This document shows positions 8,909 to 19,002 of a stretch of DNA of 64,000 bases, one piece after another (within the stretch, counting starts at the first letter, position 1; every line of letters starts with the position of its first letter). This DNA is from an uncultured Candidatus Saccharibacteria bacterium (lineage in GTDB: Bacteria; Patescibacteriota; Dojkabacteria; J137), in the NCBI GenBank assembly GCA_965230975.1, contig OZ246402.1, forward strand, positions 711,228 through 775,227. The letters are read 5' to 3'. The notes under the pieces are model-generated. The model was not told where the DNA came from, searched no databases, and worked only from the letters and a program-made list of their open reading frames with translations. A program made the position numbers and the translations under genes.

Positions 8909-10954
8909 ATGGACTTAAAATTATCTTACAAATGGGTTAAAGAATACGTTAAAACTGAACTTTCTGCAGAAGATTTTGCTAGAAAGTTATCTTTACATGG
9001 TCCATCAATTGAGAGATGGCATAAAAATGATGCAATGGATGATTTTGTTTTAGATATTGAAGTTACAACAAATAGAATAGATTCTGCATCTGTAATTGGT
9101 ATTGCAAGAGAAGCAAGCGCTATTTTAAATACCGATTTTTTATGGACAAAACCTAACCCAGATTTAACTGTCAATAAATCTTTCCCATTAAAAGCTAGTA
9201 TTGAAGACCATGCTCGTTGTCCTAGATTTCAAGCTATTGTTATTCATAATGTAACAATTAAAGAATCTCCTGAATGGTTAAAACAAAGATTAGAAGCTAG
9301 CGGAATTAACTCAATTAACAATGTTGTAGATATAACAAACTACGTTCTACTTGAATACGGGCAACCAATGCATGCTTTTGATTATTCAAAAGTAGAGGGT
9401 TCTGAAATAAAAGTAAGACTTGCAAAACAAGGTGAGAAAATAACAACACTAGTAAGTACTCAAGAAGTAGAATTAACATCAGATGACTTGGTTATAGCAG
9501 ATGCAACTTCACCACTTTCTATTGCTGGTGTTGTTGGTGGCTCAAAATCTGGAATAAAATCAGAAACTAAAACTATAATCCTAGAAGCAGCTAATTTTAA
9601 TGCAATAAAAACAAGAAAAACTGCAAGAAGACACAACACATTAACAGATGCTTCATCACTTTTTGAGAAAGACTTGCCGGCAGAACAAACTGAAATTGCA
9701 ATTTTAAGAGCGATAGAACTTGTAAAAGAACTTGCAGGTGGTGAAGTTGCATCTGAGTTACTAGATGTAAAAGCAGATTTACCACAGCCTAAATTTATAA
9801 AATATCCATATTCTTTAACAAAAAGAATCTTAGGATTGGAAATTACAAAAGAAGAAATTATTAATAATTTAACAAGACTTGGGTTTGAGTGCGAAGATAG
9901 TGGTGAATACTTGAATGTTAAAGTGCCTTACTACAGATCAAAAGATGTTCAACTTGATTATGACTTAACCGAAGAGATAGCAAGAATTTATGGTTATCAT
10001 AAAATCCCAAGTGTACTACCAGTAGGACAAATTCCGCAAGTCAACACACCTAGCATTATTACTAACGAAGATAAGGTAAGAGAGTTTTTAGCAGCAAATG
10101 GATTTACAGAATTATTTAGTTATTCGTTAATATCTGATAGGTATTTAAAGGTTTCTAGTATTAACCCAGAAAGTGCATTCGAAATTTCAAATCCACTTAA
10201 CGAAGACTTTAAGTATTTAAGAACAGATATGGCTTCTACAATGCTAATTACAGCAGAATCTAACGAAGCTTTGAAAGATAACTTAAAGCTATTTGAAATT
10301 TCAAATGTTTATTTAAAGAAAGATCCAAAAGATTTGCCTTTAGAGGAGAGTCATTTGTCAATTCTTGTTAATGGGACAAACTATAAACACTCTTTTTACG
10401 AGCTAAAAGGAATTTTTGAATTAGTATTGAAATCTTTTGGTATAGATACAGATGCTATTGAATATAAAAACGAGAAAGTTATTGAGCCTTTTTTTACAGG
10501 CAAATCTGCAAATATATATTTAAATAATGATTTGCTTGGAACATTAGGGTTGGTTTCTAGAAATGCCAAATCAATCTTAGGTTTAAAAAAAGAGACTGCC
10601 TTACTTGAAGTGAATTTTGTTAAACTTAGCCAAATTATAGACACTACTGTTAAATCTTATTCTCCAATTCCAAAATATCCAGCTGTAACAAGAGACTTGG
10701 CTTTTGTACTGAACAAATCAATTCAGTGGAAAGAGATTCAAGATTTAGTTAAAGAATCTGCAGGGGATCTATTAAAATCTATAGAGCTGTTTGATATGTT
10801 CGAAGATAAAAAACTTGGTGAAGATAAAAAGAGTATCGCTTTTCATGTAACCTTACAATCACTAGATAGAACTTTAGTAGAAGAAGAGGTAAGTAGAACT
10901 ATAAACGAAATCTCAAATCAGATAGTATCTAAATTTAATGCTATAGTTAGATAA
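8909..10954 (+). CDS. pheT: Phenylalanine--tRNA ligase beta subunit (short form)
   Basis: NNVVDITNYV, GQPMHAFD, DLTEEIARIYGY, C-terminal RDLAF anticodon-binding domain. Confidence 0.97.
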   Translation: MDLKLSYKWVKEYVKTELSAEDFARKLSLHGPSIERWHKNDAMDDFVLDIEVTTNRIDSASVIGIAREASAILNTDFLWTKPNPDLTVNKSFPLKASIEDHARCPRFQAIVIHNVTIKESPEWLKQRLEASGINSINNVVDITNYVLLEYGQPMHAFDYSKVEGSEIKVRLAKQGEKITTLVSTQEVELTSDDLVIADATSPLSIAGVVGGSKSGIKSETKTIILEAANFNAIKTRKTARRHNTLTDASSLFEKDLPAEQTEIAILRAIELVKELAGGEVASELLDVKADLPQPKFIKYPYSLTKRILGLEITKEEIINNLTRLGFECEDSGEYLNVKVPYYRSKDVQLDYDLTEEIARIYGYHKIPSVLPVGQIPQVNTPSIITNEDKVREFLAANGFTELFSYSLISDRYLKVSSINPESAFEISNPLNEDFKYLRTDMASTMLITAESNEALKDNLKLFEISNVYLKKDPKDLPLEESHLSILVNGTNYKHSFYELKGIFELVLKSFGIDTDAIEYKNEKVIEPFFTGKSANIYLNNDLLGTLGLVSRNAKSILGLKKETALLEVNFVKLSQIIDTTVKSYSPIPKYPAVTRDLAFVLNKSIQWKEIQDLVKESAGDLLKSIELFDMFEDKKLGEDKKSIAFHVTLQSLDRTLVEEEVSRTINEISNQIVSKFNAIVR

Positions 10955-11556
10955 TGAAGTATATCAAGCTACTTCAATTAGTTTCATTGTTAGTAGCTGT
11001 ACTTGGGTTTTGCCTTTCCTATTTAGTTACCTCTCAAAATTGGATTGATCAACCAATCATTTTTGCATTAAGTAATTTTCTAAGTTACTTTACTGTTCAG
11101 AGTAACATTCTTGCAATCGCATCACTTATAATTATGCTTACAAATTCAAAATCTAAGCTTTGGAGGTTAATTAAGTTTGGAACTGCCGTGAATATTACGA
11201 TTACGTTAATAACGTACTGGCTTTTCTTGTCCTATTCGGTACCATATTTTGGACTGGCACAAGTTACAAATTTGTTAATTCACTTAATAATACCCTTTTT
11301 ATATATTGCAAACTGGCTTTTATATTCCCCTAAACACATAGATTATAAAGATGCGTTTATATGGATGATTTACCCGTTATCTTACTATTTGATATTTTGT
11401 TTGATAAAAGGTTTGGCTACAAATTGGTACCCATACTATTTTGTTGATTTGAATCAATTTACATTTATTCAAACATTGCCATATGTAATAACTGTCGCAG
11501 CTTTCTTCCTTTGTATCTCATTAATTTTTGTAAAGATTGGCAAGTTAAGAACCTAA
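10954..11556 (+). CDS. Pr6Pr/FAR-17a-like integral membrane protein
   Basis: SYFTVQSN, HLIIP and WYPYYF motifs. Confidence 0.75.
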   Translation: MKYIKLLQLVSLLVAVLGFCLSYLVTSQNWIDQPIIFALSNFLSYFTVQSNILAIASLIIMLTNSKSKLWRLIKFGTAVNITITLITYWLFLSYSVPYFGLAQVTNLLIHLIIPFLYIANWLLYSPKHIDYKDAFIWMIYPLSYYLIFCLIKGLATNWYPYYFVDLNQFTFIQTLPYVITVAAFFLCISLIFVKIGKLRT

Positions 11557-11615
11557 AATTTGCTTGCATACACTTTTGATAATGCTAATATACATAGCAT
11601 AGTTAACCTTATCCT

Positions 11616-11723
11616 ATGTTACTAAATATTGCTACGCAGAATATTGAAGATGATGTTGTTGGTGTTATGACTAGAATCGCAACAGAAATTCAAAATAAGT
11701 TTAAGGCTTTAGAGAGAGTATAA
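11616..11723 (+). CDS. Possible small protein (35 aa)
   Basis: MLLNIATQNIEDDVVGVMTRIATEIQNKFKALERV fills the intergenic gap; below the ORF-track cutoff. Confidence 0.4.
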   Translation: MLLNIATQNIEDDVVGVMTRIATEIQNKFKALERV

Positions 11724-11732
11724 TAATTTTCG

Positions 11733-12365
11733 TTAAAGATTATTAATGCTTTCGTAAGACAATTTAAAACCATAGGTTGTATAAAACAATTTATCAAAAC
11801 TTTCTGACGATTTATTCTCGGGTAAACCTTTTATTAACATTAATAACTTTTCTTTCCCAAAAGTCTTAACAAGTTTTTCTACAACAAATCCCGATTCTTG
11901 ATAAACAGAACCGTCGATAGTTGGCTCAAAATGATTTAGAAAATCAGTAAATATCTCAGGTTTGTTTTTAAGATTGAGTTGTTCAGAAAGATATACTGCA
12001 CATCCTTCCCATAACCAGTCGGGTTTACTATTATATTTAGATAATATTTGGTAAAAGCAGTGACTAAGTTCGTGTTTTATAAGCTTTTTATATCTTTCTT
12101 CGAGTTGGTCAGTACCCATCATTTTTGCGTAGAGATCTTTGTTAACAACATAAACATTGCCGTTACCAACCCAACCAGTAGCTCCTGGATATCTAAATAA
12201 TTCTTTGTCTGAATTTACAACAGATAAATCAGTTTCTTCTATTACAATTACTTTTGGTTTATTGTAAATCCAGTTTAATTCGTAAAATTCATCTAACTGT
12301 TGGAAAGTACTTATCACAAAAGTCTCTAGCTCAGAATTCTTGTTTATAGTTAATGAATACACCAT
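11733..12365 (-). CDS. Zincin/peptidase MA-like protein
   Basis: HELSH followed by PDWLWEGCAVY. Confidence 0.75.
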   Translation of the reverse strand: MVYSLTINKNSELETFVISTFQQLDEFYELNWIYNKPKVIVIEETDLSVVNSDKELFRYPGATGWVGNGNVYVVNKDLYAKMMGTDQLEERYKKLIKHELSHCFYQILSKYNSKPDWLWEGCAVYLSEQLNLKNKPEIFTDFLNHFEPTIDGSVYQESGFVVEKLVKTFGKEKLLMLIKGLPENKSSESFDKLFYTTYGFKLSYESINNL

Positions 12366-12381
12366 AATAAAATTCTAATTT

Positions 12382-12804
12382 CTATGATTCTGAATTCGCA
12401 TCTTCAAATAAATGAGGGTATATTGCTCTAACAACATCGTCTGAAGGAACATCTTTGTTGAAATCCTCTTGTGCTATATTTAATGCTGATGTTAAAGCTC
12501 TATTATAAGCTTCGCCTCTTTTGACACTTCCAATAGAAGAGCTAATTTTATTTAATATAATTGGAATAGTCATGCCATCTCTGTTTCTATAGTATTTATG
12601 CTGTATTCTCATTGCTATTAATTCTTTTTGTGAATCAGTTAATCCAAACCAAATAGAGTTGGCATTGTCTATAGAATTAACAAATGTTTGGTTTGCTTCT
12701 AATGTTTCATCTAGACATCCAAATAGAAATATTAACAAACTAATAGTATCTGGCCCTACATTTCTTATTTTAGCTAGTTCTTTGTTAAATCTTGGAGTTG
12801 TCAT
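12382..12804 (-). CDS. Hypothetical protein
   Basis: Start moved to MTTPRF because the longer ORF overlaps tRNA-Gly. Confidence 0.6.
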   Translation of the reverse strand: MTTPRFNKELAKIRNVGPDTISLLIFLFGCLDETLEANQTFVNSIDNANSIWFGLTDSQKELIAMRIQHKYYRNRDGMTIPIILNKISSSIGSVKRGEAYNRALTSALNIAQEDFNKDVPSDDVVRAIYPHLFEDANSES

Positions 12805-12821
12805 AATGTTTTTAATAAAAA

Positions 12822-12892
12822 AGCGGTATACGAGGCTCGAACTCGTGCCACGTCCTTGGGAAGGACGCATACTACCACTGTACTAATACCGC
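12822..12892 (-). tRNA. tRNA-Gly(CCC), CCA not encoded
   Basis: Reverse complement GCGGTAT...CGTCC-TTCCCAA-GGACG...GTTCGAGC...ATACCGCT. Confidence 0.96.
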
Positions 12893-13037
12893 TTATGTTA
12901 ATGTACATTATAATCCTATTTGTATAAATTCAAAAGACTCTTAATTCTTAATGTTAGATTTCCCTATTAGGAAAATATTGTGCTTTACTGTCTATGCTAA
13001 GATGATATAATCTGGCGACATATATTACTAGTAGCAA

Positions 13038-13391
13038 ATGATAAATAAACCATTTGACGAAGATTTATTAACTGATCTAATGGAAAAGTTTACACCTAAC
13101 AAGAGGTTAAATTTCATTAACGAGATTTATGTTTTTTTAAGTGACATCTTTGAACAACCAAATTATTCAATTGAGCAATTCGACAAACTATTACAAAATC
13201 TACGGATATTCGAATATTTAATAACTGCTGATAAACTTCAAATTACAGAAGATGAAAATAAGATGTTTTTAAGCCTTAAGGAAATTATAGGAAATATTTT
13301 AATGATGGATGAGTATAAACATTCCAACTTACTTGAACTTATTAAAATGAATACAGTTTTTAATGAATTGATGAAGAACTTTAAAGGTTAG
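13038..13391 (+). CDS. Hypothetical protein
   Basis: 117 aa ORF, TATAAT upstream. Confidence 0.6.
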   Translation: MINKPFDEDLLTDLMEKFTPNKRLNFINEIYVFLSDIFEQPNYSIEQFDKLLQNLRIFEYLITADKLQITEDENKMFLSLKEIIGNILMMDEYKHSNLLELIKMNTVFNELMKNFKG

Positions 13392-13394
13392 CAA

Positions 13395-13529
13395 TGCGTA
13401 AGGCAGCATTCTTAAAAACTCTCTATAAAGAGAATTTGCAGACTAGGAACATTACCCCACGGGATAAAGACTTCGTCCGACCAAAAGTTTTTATTTGTTG
13501 GAGTTTTAAACGAACACTAACCTTACGCA
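13395..13529 (-). ncRNA. Structured RNA, 6S RNA-like candidate
   Basis: Terminal stem TGCGTAAGG..AGTGTTC / GAATGCT..CCTTACGCA, A-rich internal bubble, internal hairpins, minus-strand TATAAT at 13535-13540. Confidence 0.5.
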
Positions 13530-13726
13530 AATATATTATACCTTTAAATTAAGCCTTTTTTAAAGTCAAAACCCATTTTTAGTAATTTATTTGCTCAGGC
13601 ATCTTCCAAAATATTGAAATCCAAACCAATAAGTTTAAAAAAATATTACTGCAATAGTTTATTGTTGATACAAACTTACTAAGGTTTTATACTAGGTTTT
13701 AATAATTTATTAAACAGACTTTACAC

Positions 13727-14245
13727 ATGGTTCATCCAATAGTTTTAGTTATACTACTTTGCCAATTACTTCTAATTTCTTTTGCAATTTATCTTATATT
13801 TAGCTTTATTAATAAAACGCCATTCTATCCATCTTCAATAAAGCAGCTAAATCTGTTAAAAGAGTCTCGATTATTAGATTTTAATAGGTATAAAACATTT
13901 ATAGACATTGGGAGTGGTGATGGAAGAATTGTAAGATGGGCTAGCAAAATTGGATTTAAAGACGCTCATGGCATAGAGTACAACCCATACCTGTCTTTAT
14001 ATAGTAAGGTAAGATCTCCTTTTGCCAAAGGTATTACAATTCATAATAAACGATTTGAGAATCATGATTTTTCTAAATACGATGTTGCTTATCTATATAT
14101 ATTCCCGGAGCACATGGAAAATATAAAAGAGAAGTTATTTACACAAATGAAGCCAGGTAGTGTGATTATATCTAATACGTTTAAATTTAAAGATATTGCA
14201 CCATCGGATACATTTGAGAAGCTTTATTTGTACTTTGTCAGCTAA
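13727..14245 (+). CDS. Class I SAM-dependent methyltransferase with N-terminal TM
   Basis: PFYPS, IDIGSGDGRIV, GIEYNP, SNTF. Confidence 0.85.
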   Translation: MVHPIVLVILLCQLLLISFAIYLIFSFINKTPFYPSSIKQLNLLKESRLLDFNRYKTFIDIGSGDGRIVRWASKIGFKDAHGIEYNPYLSLYSKVRSPFAKGITIHNKRFENHDFSKYDVAYLYIFPEHMENIKEKLFTQMKPGSVIISNTFKFKDIAPSDTFEKLYLYFVS

Positions 14246-15590
14246 TAAGTAAAGGAATAATTCCAACAATCATAGATAAGATCATACCCACTGTAATATA
14301 TATAGCAAATCTTTTATTGCCAGCTACAAATGCATAAGTTGACTTACCTAAAGTATTTACAAATATAGTAAGAATCACAGAAATCATTGCTAGCTCTATT
14401 GAGATTTGTTTATTTGCAAAAAGTCCGGAGAATGCTACAGATGGAGCATCTATTCCTGCAAAACCACTTAAAGAAGTTATTAAAATTAACAAAACCGAAC
14501 TAACTTCAAAGGAACTTAAAACTTGAACCATCACTCTCACAATAAGTATAAATGCTACAAACTTAATAGCTGGGAAAACTGAAAATGGCTCGTATTTAAG
14601 TTCAATTCCACTAGTCTTATTTACTCTATTAGTTGCAAAATAAAATATTAAACCAATTAAAATTCCAGAAATGAACATTACTATAAAGAAAGGAGTGAGT
14701 TTGAATAATAACGTTGTACTGTTAATAAAAATTAAGATCCCAACCGTTACTAAGCTAAAAGTATTTGATAGTACAGCTATACCTGCAAGCAAAAGTTGCA
14801 TTTTTTTGTCGTGATTATTTTTAGATCTTAAAGTTAGTGCAGCAATAGCAGATGTAGATGATATAAACCCTCCAAGAATACCGGATAGTATTAAACTTGC
14901 TTTGGACCCAATAAACTTACTTAAAATATAAGTTATTAAAGATATTCCAGAAATAATCACAACTGTTAGCCAAATTTGAAAAGGGTTGAAAAGTTGTTCA
15001 ATTACAAAACTTAAATTGCTAGTAAATGTTGGTACTGCAATCCTAACAATATCTTGTAAAGAAAAATTTGAATTTGGTAATAGTGGCAATATTACTATTG
15101 CTACTAAACCAAACTTTACCACATCTATAACCTCTTTATGATTTATTTTGGCTATGAAAGCACCTAAACCTCGTTTTTGAGATAGAAAAAAAGTAAGCAA
15201 AACAAGCACAACTAAAATTACCGGAACCCCGACAATAGCGGTGGTAGTCAAAAACCCAATAATAAATGTTATTAAAACAGCAATTTCAGTAGTTATACCA
15301 AAAGCTCTTTTAAGTTGTACATTTAAAACATATGCAACTAAAACAAATAAAATTATTGCTCCAAAAAGAATATAGGAAAGAATAAACGAACCTTGGTTAT
15401 ATAATATTCCGGATATACCACCCAGTAATGAGATTACCGTATATGTTCTTAGCCCTCCTATTTTGGTTTTTTCAGACTTTAAAGCTAATTTAAAACCTTT
15501 TGACTCTACTTCTCTGGTTTCTGTTTCTAGACCGAGAATTGCGCCAAATACAATGGTAAGCAATAATCTTAATATAATAATATTTTCCAT
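14238..15590 (-). CDS. MgtC/SapB family plus DUF4010-like membrane protein
   Basis: GAILGLE, GGLRTY, GITTEIA, ILPLLPN, GGFISSTS. Confidence 0.85.
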   Translation of the reverse strand: MENIIILRLLLTIVFGAILGLETETREVESKGFKLALKSEKTKIGGLRTYTVISLLGGISGILYNQGSFILSYILFGAIILFVLVAYVLNVQLKRAFGITTEIAVLITFIIGFLTTTAIVGVPVILVVLVLLTFFLSQKRGLGAFIAKINHKEVIDVVKFGLVAIVILPLLPNSNFSLQDIVRIAVPTFTSNLSFVIEQLFNPFQIWLTVVIISGISLITYILSKFIGSKASLILSGILGGFISSTSAIAALTLRSKNNHDKKMQLLLAGIAVLSNTFSLVTVGILIFINSTTLLFKLTPFFIVMFISGILIGLIFYFATNRVNKTSGIELKYEPFSVFPAIKFVAFILIVRVMVQVLSSFEVSSVLLILITSLSGFAGIDAPSVAFSGLFANKQISIELAMISVILTIFVNTLGKSTYAFVAGNKRFAIYITVGMILSMIVGIIPLLIS

Positions 15591-15714
15591 AGATTAATTT
15601 AATTACGTATTAATAATACGTGTTTCTTGTTTCAATTTGTAGCCAAAAAAAGTTTTTTTCGAAAATGTTAATTGATATACTAGTTTAATATTTTTAGCTT
15701 TCTTTTAAAATATA

Positions 15715-16284
15715 ATGAATCAAATTGAAGAGCTGACTAGAAAAATCCAAAGGGATCTTTATTCAAAAAATAATCCAGGTAGTGTGATTTTAAGTTTGAG
15801 AGAGAAATGGTTAGAAATCTTCACTCAAAGCTATAATGTAAATATAGATGCTTTAATGCTTGGATTTATGTTGGCAGACTTTAAATTACAAGAGTCGATA
15901 GACTTAAGAAAACAAACTGACCATATTCGTATGGCTTTGGATTACGCTAATCAAGCATTTGAAAGATACTCTGAAATCCCAAAAGATTTGCAAGAAATAG
16001 TTATTGAGATAATTGCAACCCATCATGGAGGGTCTCAAAACTATACAGAATCTAAACTTTTTAAAAACGCAGTTGCAATGTCAATGTTAGAACCAAAAGG
16101 TTGGATTCATCAATTCTCTCTTATATACGATGGTAAGGATGATGACTCATTTCAATTTGCTATTAAAAAGATTGATGAAAAATTTGAAGAGATGTTTTTA
16201 TTGGTTGATTTAGATGAAAATACAATTAATGAAGCAAATTTACTTAAAGAAAAGTATGCCTGGTTCAGAAAAAGATTACTATAA
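15715..16284 (+). CDS. Hypothetical protein, possibly degenerate HD fold
   Basis: 189 aa; IIATHHG but no intact HD dyad. Confidence 0.6.
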   Translation: MNQIEELTRKIQRDLYSKNNPGSVILSLREKWLEIFTQSYNVNIDALMLGFMLADFKLQESIDLRKQTDHIRMALDYANQAFERYSEIPKDLQEIVIEIIATHHGGSQNYTESKLFKNAVAMSMLEPKGWIHQFSLIYDGKDDDSFQFAIKKIDEKFEEMFLLVDLDENTINEANLLKEKYAWFRKRLL

Positions 16285-16540
16285 ACTTCAACATATTAAA
16301 GTTCCAAGAAATATAAAGCGTTTACTATGGCCATTTAGAATATTTGTAGGCTTTGCATTAATTGTTTTTGGAATTATTGGAATAATTTTACCTGGGCTTC
16401 CAGGGTGGACTCCTTTAATTCTTGGTGTAATGATAATATCGCCTAAACATGGTAAATCACTTGCAAGTTGGGTTTATGGTATATATAAAAAGTATATAGT
16501 AAAATTCCTCAAATATATTTCAAATTTATGGAAAAAATAA
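16256..16540 (+). CDS. PGPGW-like small membrane protein
   Basis: GIIGIILPGLPGWTPLILG. Confidence 0.65.
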   Translation: MPGSEKDYYKLQHIKVPRNIKRLLWPFRIFVGFALIVFGIIGIILPGLPGWTPLILGVMIISPKHGKSLASWVYGIYKKYIVKFLKYISNLWKK

Positions 16541-17421
16541 TTATTGTTGGAGGACCTACTGGTTCTGGCAAAACAAAATTTGCAATTAAATTGGCAAAAG
16601 ATATTAATGGTGAGCTTATTAATGCAGACTCTAGACAGATTTATAAATATTTAAATATTGGAACAAATAAAGGAGTTCTGTCGGGGGATTCAAAAAAATA
16701 TATTGATGGTATTCCTATTCATTTGATAGATTTTTTGAAACCGGATGTTAGGTTTAATGTGTTTGAGTGGAGAAGTTTAGCTATTAATTGCATTAAAGAT
16801 ATTCAAAGTAAGGGTAAACAGGCAATAGTTGTTGGTGGTACCGGTTTGTATATTGATTCATTAATAAAAGAATATGATTTCGAATCCAAATTTCAAATTT
16901 CTGATGATCAAAGAAAACCACTTACAAGTTTCGATAATTCTAACCTTTTGAAAGTTCAAGAGCATTTTAAAACTCAATTAACTCAAGTTTGGGATTCTTT
17001 GAATTATAGTGATCAAAATAATTTAAGAAGATTACAAAGACTAATTACAAAATTATCTACATCTGAGAAACCTGTAACTAATATATTGCCAAGTTTTAAA
17101 GACTACACTTTTTACTATCCTAAATATAATTGGGATAATCTTAAGATGATTATAGAGAATAGAGTAGACGAGATGTTTAAAGAAGGCTTAGTAGAGGAGA
17201 CCAGAAATGTTTTAGCAATGGGTTATGATAAATACTGTGTTGGTCTACAAGTTATGGGTTATAAAGAAGTAATCAGGTTCTTAGATGGCGAAATTAACCT
17301 TGAAAAATGTATAGAACTTGTAAAGTATTCTCATAAACAATACGCAAGAAGGCAAAGAACTTGGTTTGAAGGTGAAAAAAGAGGATATAGATTCAATTAT
17401 TTTAAACCTATATCCTCCTAG
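16528..17421 (+). CDS. miaA: tRNA dimethylallyltransferase
   Basis: GPTGSGKT, NADSRQIY, VGGTGLY, YARRQRTWF. Confidence 0.97.
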   Translation: MEKIIIVGGPTGSGKTKFAIKLAKDINGELINADSRQIYKYLNIGTNKGVLSGDSKKYIDGIPIHLIDFLKPDVRFNVFEWRSLAINCIKDIQSKGKQAIVVGGTGLYIDSLIKEYDFESKFQISDDQRKPLTSFDNSNLLKVQEHFKTQLTQVWDSLNYSDQNNLRRLQRLITKLSTSEKPVTNILPSFKDYTFYYPKYNWDNLKMIIENRVDEMFKEGLVEETRNVLAMGYDKYCVGLQVMGYKEVIRFLDGEINLEKCIELVKYSHKQYARRQRTWFEGEKRGYRFNYFKPISS

Positions 17422-17443
17422 TTACTTATTCATGACCTGTTAG

Positions 17444-18970
17444 CTACTTAATCTCCTCCCCATAAATCTGAACAGTAAGTGGGTCAAGCTCTGATTTCAA
17501 TTGAGGGAAAGGAACCCCTTCTCTTGCTGTTACATCTTCTAAAAACCAGAAAACTCTTTCTGAATGTCCATAGCCAAATGTTGGTGGCATGCCGTATTCC
17601 AACATTTCAACAAAATCAATATCTAACCATTGAGCTTCTGCATCACCTGAGTCTCTCAATCTTTGTTGCTCAACAAATCTATTGTATTGATCTACTGCAT
17701 CATTAACCTCACTCCAACCATTTCCTAGCTCTGTACCTGCAATAATTGGTTGAAATCTTTCAACCATGTCTGGGTTTTCTAGGCTAGGTTTTTGCAATGG
17801 AGATAAGTATTTTGGATGATTTACTAAGAATGCTGGTCCTCCAATATTTTTTCTTAATCTTTTCCAAAGTGCATCTACACCACGGGCCACATTAACACTT
17901 CTATCAAATTCAATATTATGTTTTTCTAGTAATAGTTTTACCTCATCTAAATTAATTGTGTAAATATCGTTTACACCATATTTTTCTTTAAAAATTTCGT
18001 TAAAGTCAATAATCTCCCAATCTTTAGAGAAATCTACATTAAAGCCTCTGATAGTAAATTGCATTTTGCCACCATAGACTTTTTCTAGAATGTATCTAAA
18101 CATCTCTTGAATAAATTGCATACCATCTTTCCAATCTGCATAAGCCCAATAAAATTCCATTGCTACATGTTCTGGCAAGTGTTCGTCAGATAAACCTTCG
18201 TTTCTAAACCTTGCACCAATATCATAAACTTTATCAAAACCGGCACCTATCAATCTTTTTAAAGGTAATTCATGAGATATTCTTAAAAAGAAATCTTGAT
18301 CAAGTGCGTTCATGTGTGTTGTAAATGGAACTGCATCTCCACCTCCTGGTACGTGCTCTAAAACAGGAATGTTAACCTCGTAAAATCCTTTTGAGTTAAA
18401 AAAGTCTCTATGAGCTTGCCAAAACAATGCTCTTCTTTTCATTCTCTCTTTTACTTCTGGATTCACTGCCATGTCTACATACCTTCTTCTAAATCTCTCT
18501 TCTTTGTCTGTTAGTTCTGTAGGTAGTGGTCTAATTACTTTTGTTAGCATTCTAACGTTTTTTGCTAATACTGATATTTCGCCCCTTTGAGTTTTTGTTA
18601 ACGTTCCATGAACTTCAATATAGTCTCCAATATCCATTAAATGGAACTCTTCAAATGTTAAAGATCTTCCACTTGCAAAATCTTTTGTTGCAATTTCATC
18701 TGATTTTACATAGATTTGTATTTTACCAGAGTCATCAAAAAGATCCATAAATACAAGTTGTCCGTGTCCTCTAAGTGATTTGATTCTACCTGCTACTACA
18801 ACCTCTTGATTTTCAAGATCTGAAAAGTTGTCTACTAATGCTTTATTAGTATGTGTTTTGTAAGATTTAGCAGGGTAGGGGTCTATTCCTAGTTTTCTAA
18901 GTTCTTCTACTTTTTTTAATCTTAATTGACGTTGACCAATAAGGTCAGAGGAGATATTTGTAGTTTGCAT
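17444..18970 (-). CDS. lysS: Lysine--tRNA ligase (class II)
   Basis: N-terminal OB domain, PFTTHMNALD, LRISHELPLKRL, FRNEG, EYGMPPT. Confidence 0.97.
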   Translation of the reverse strand: MQTTNISSDLIGQRQLRLKKVEELRKLGIDPYPAKSYKTHTNKALVDNFSDLENQEVVVAGRIKSLRGHGQLVFMDLFDDSGKIQIYVKSDEIATKDFASGRSLTFEEFHLMDIGDYIEVHGTLTKTQRGEISVLAKNVRMLTKVIRPLPTELTDKEERFRRRYVDMAVNPEVKERMKRRALFWQAHRDFFNSKGFYEVNIPVLEHVPGGGDAVPFTTHMNALDQDFFLRISHELPLKRLIGAGFDKVYDIGARFRNEGLSDEHLPEHVAMEFYWAYADWKDGMQFIQEMFRYILEKVYGGKMQFTIRGFNVDFSKDWEIIDFNEIFKEKYGVNDIYTINLDEVKLLLEKHNIEFDRSVNVARGVDALWKRLRKNIGGPAFLVNHPKYLSPLQKPSLENPDMVERFQPIIAGTELGNGWSEVNDAVDQYNRFVEQQRLRDSGDAEAQWLDIDFVEMLEYGMPPTFGYGHSERVFWFLEDVTAREGVPFPQLKSELDPLTVQIYGEEIK

Positions 18971-19002
18971 ATTTTTAAGGTAATGAATTTATATAATTAT
19001 AC

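Noticed and set aside
12876-12903. dif-like string CACTGTACTAA-TACCGC-TTATGTTAATG
   Set aside because: Only the XerD-like arm matches and the left arm is tRNA-Gly sequence; likely chance
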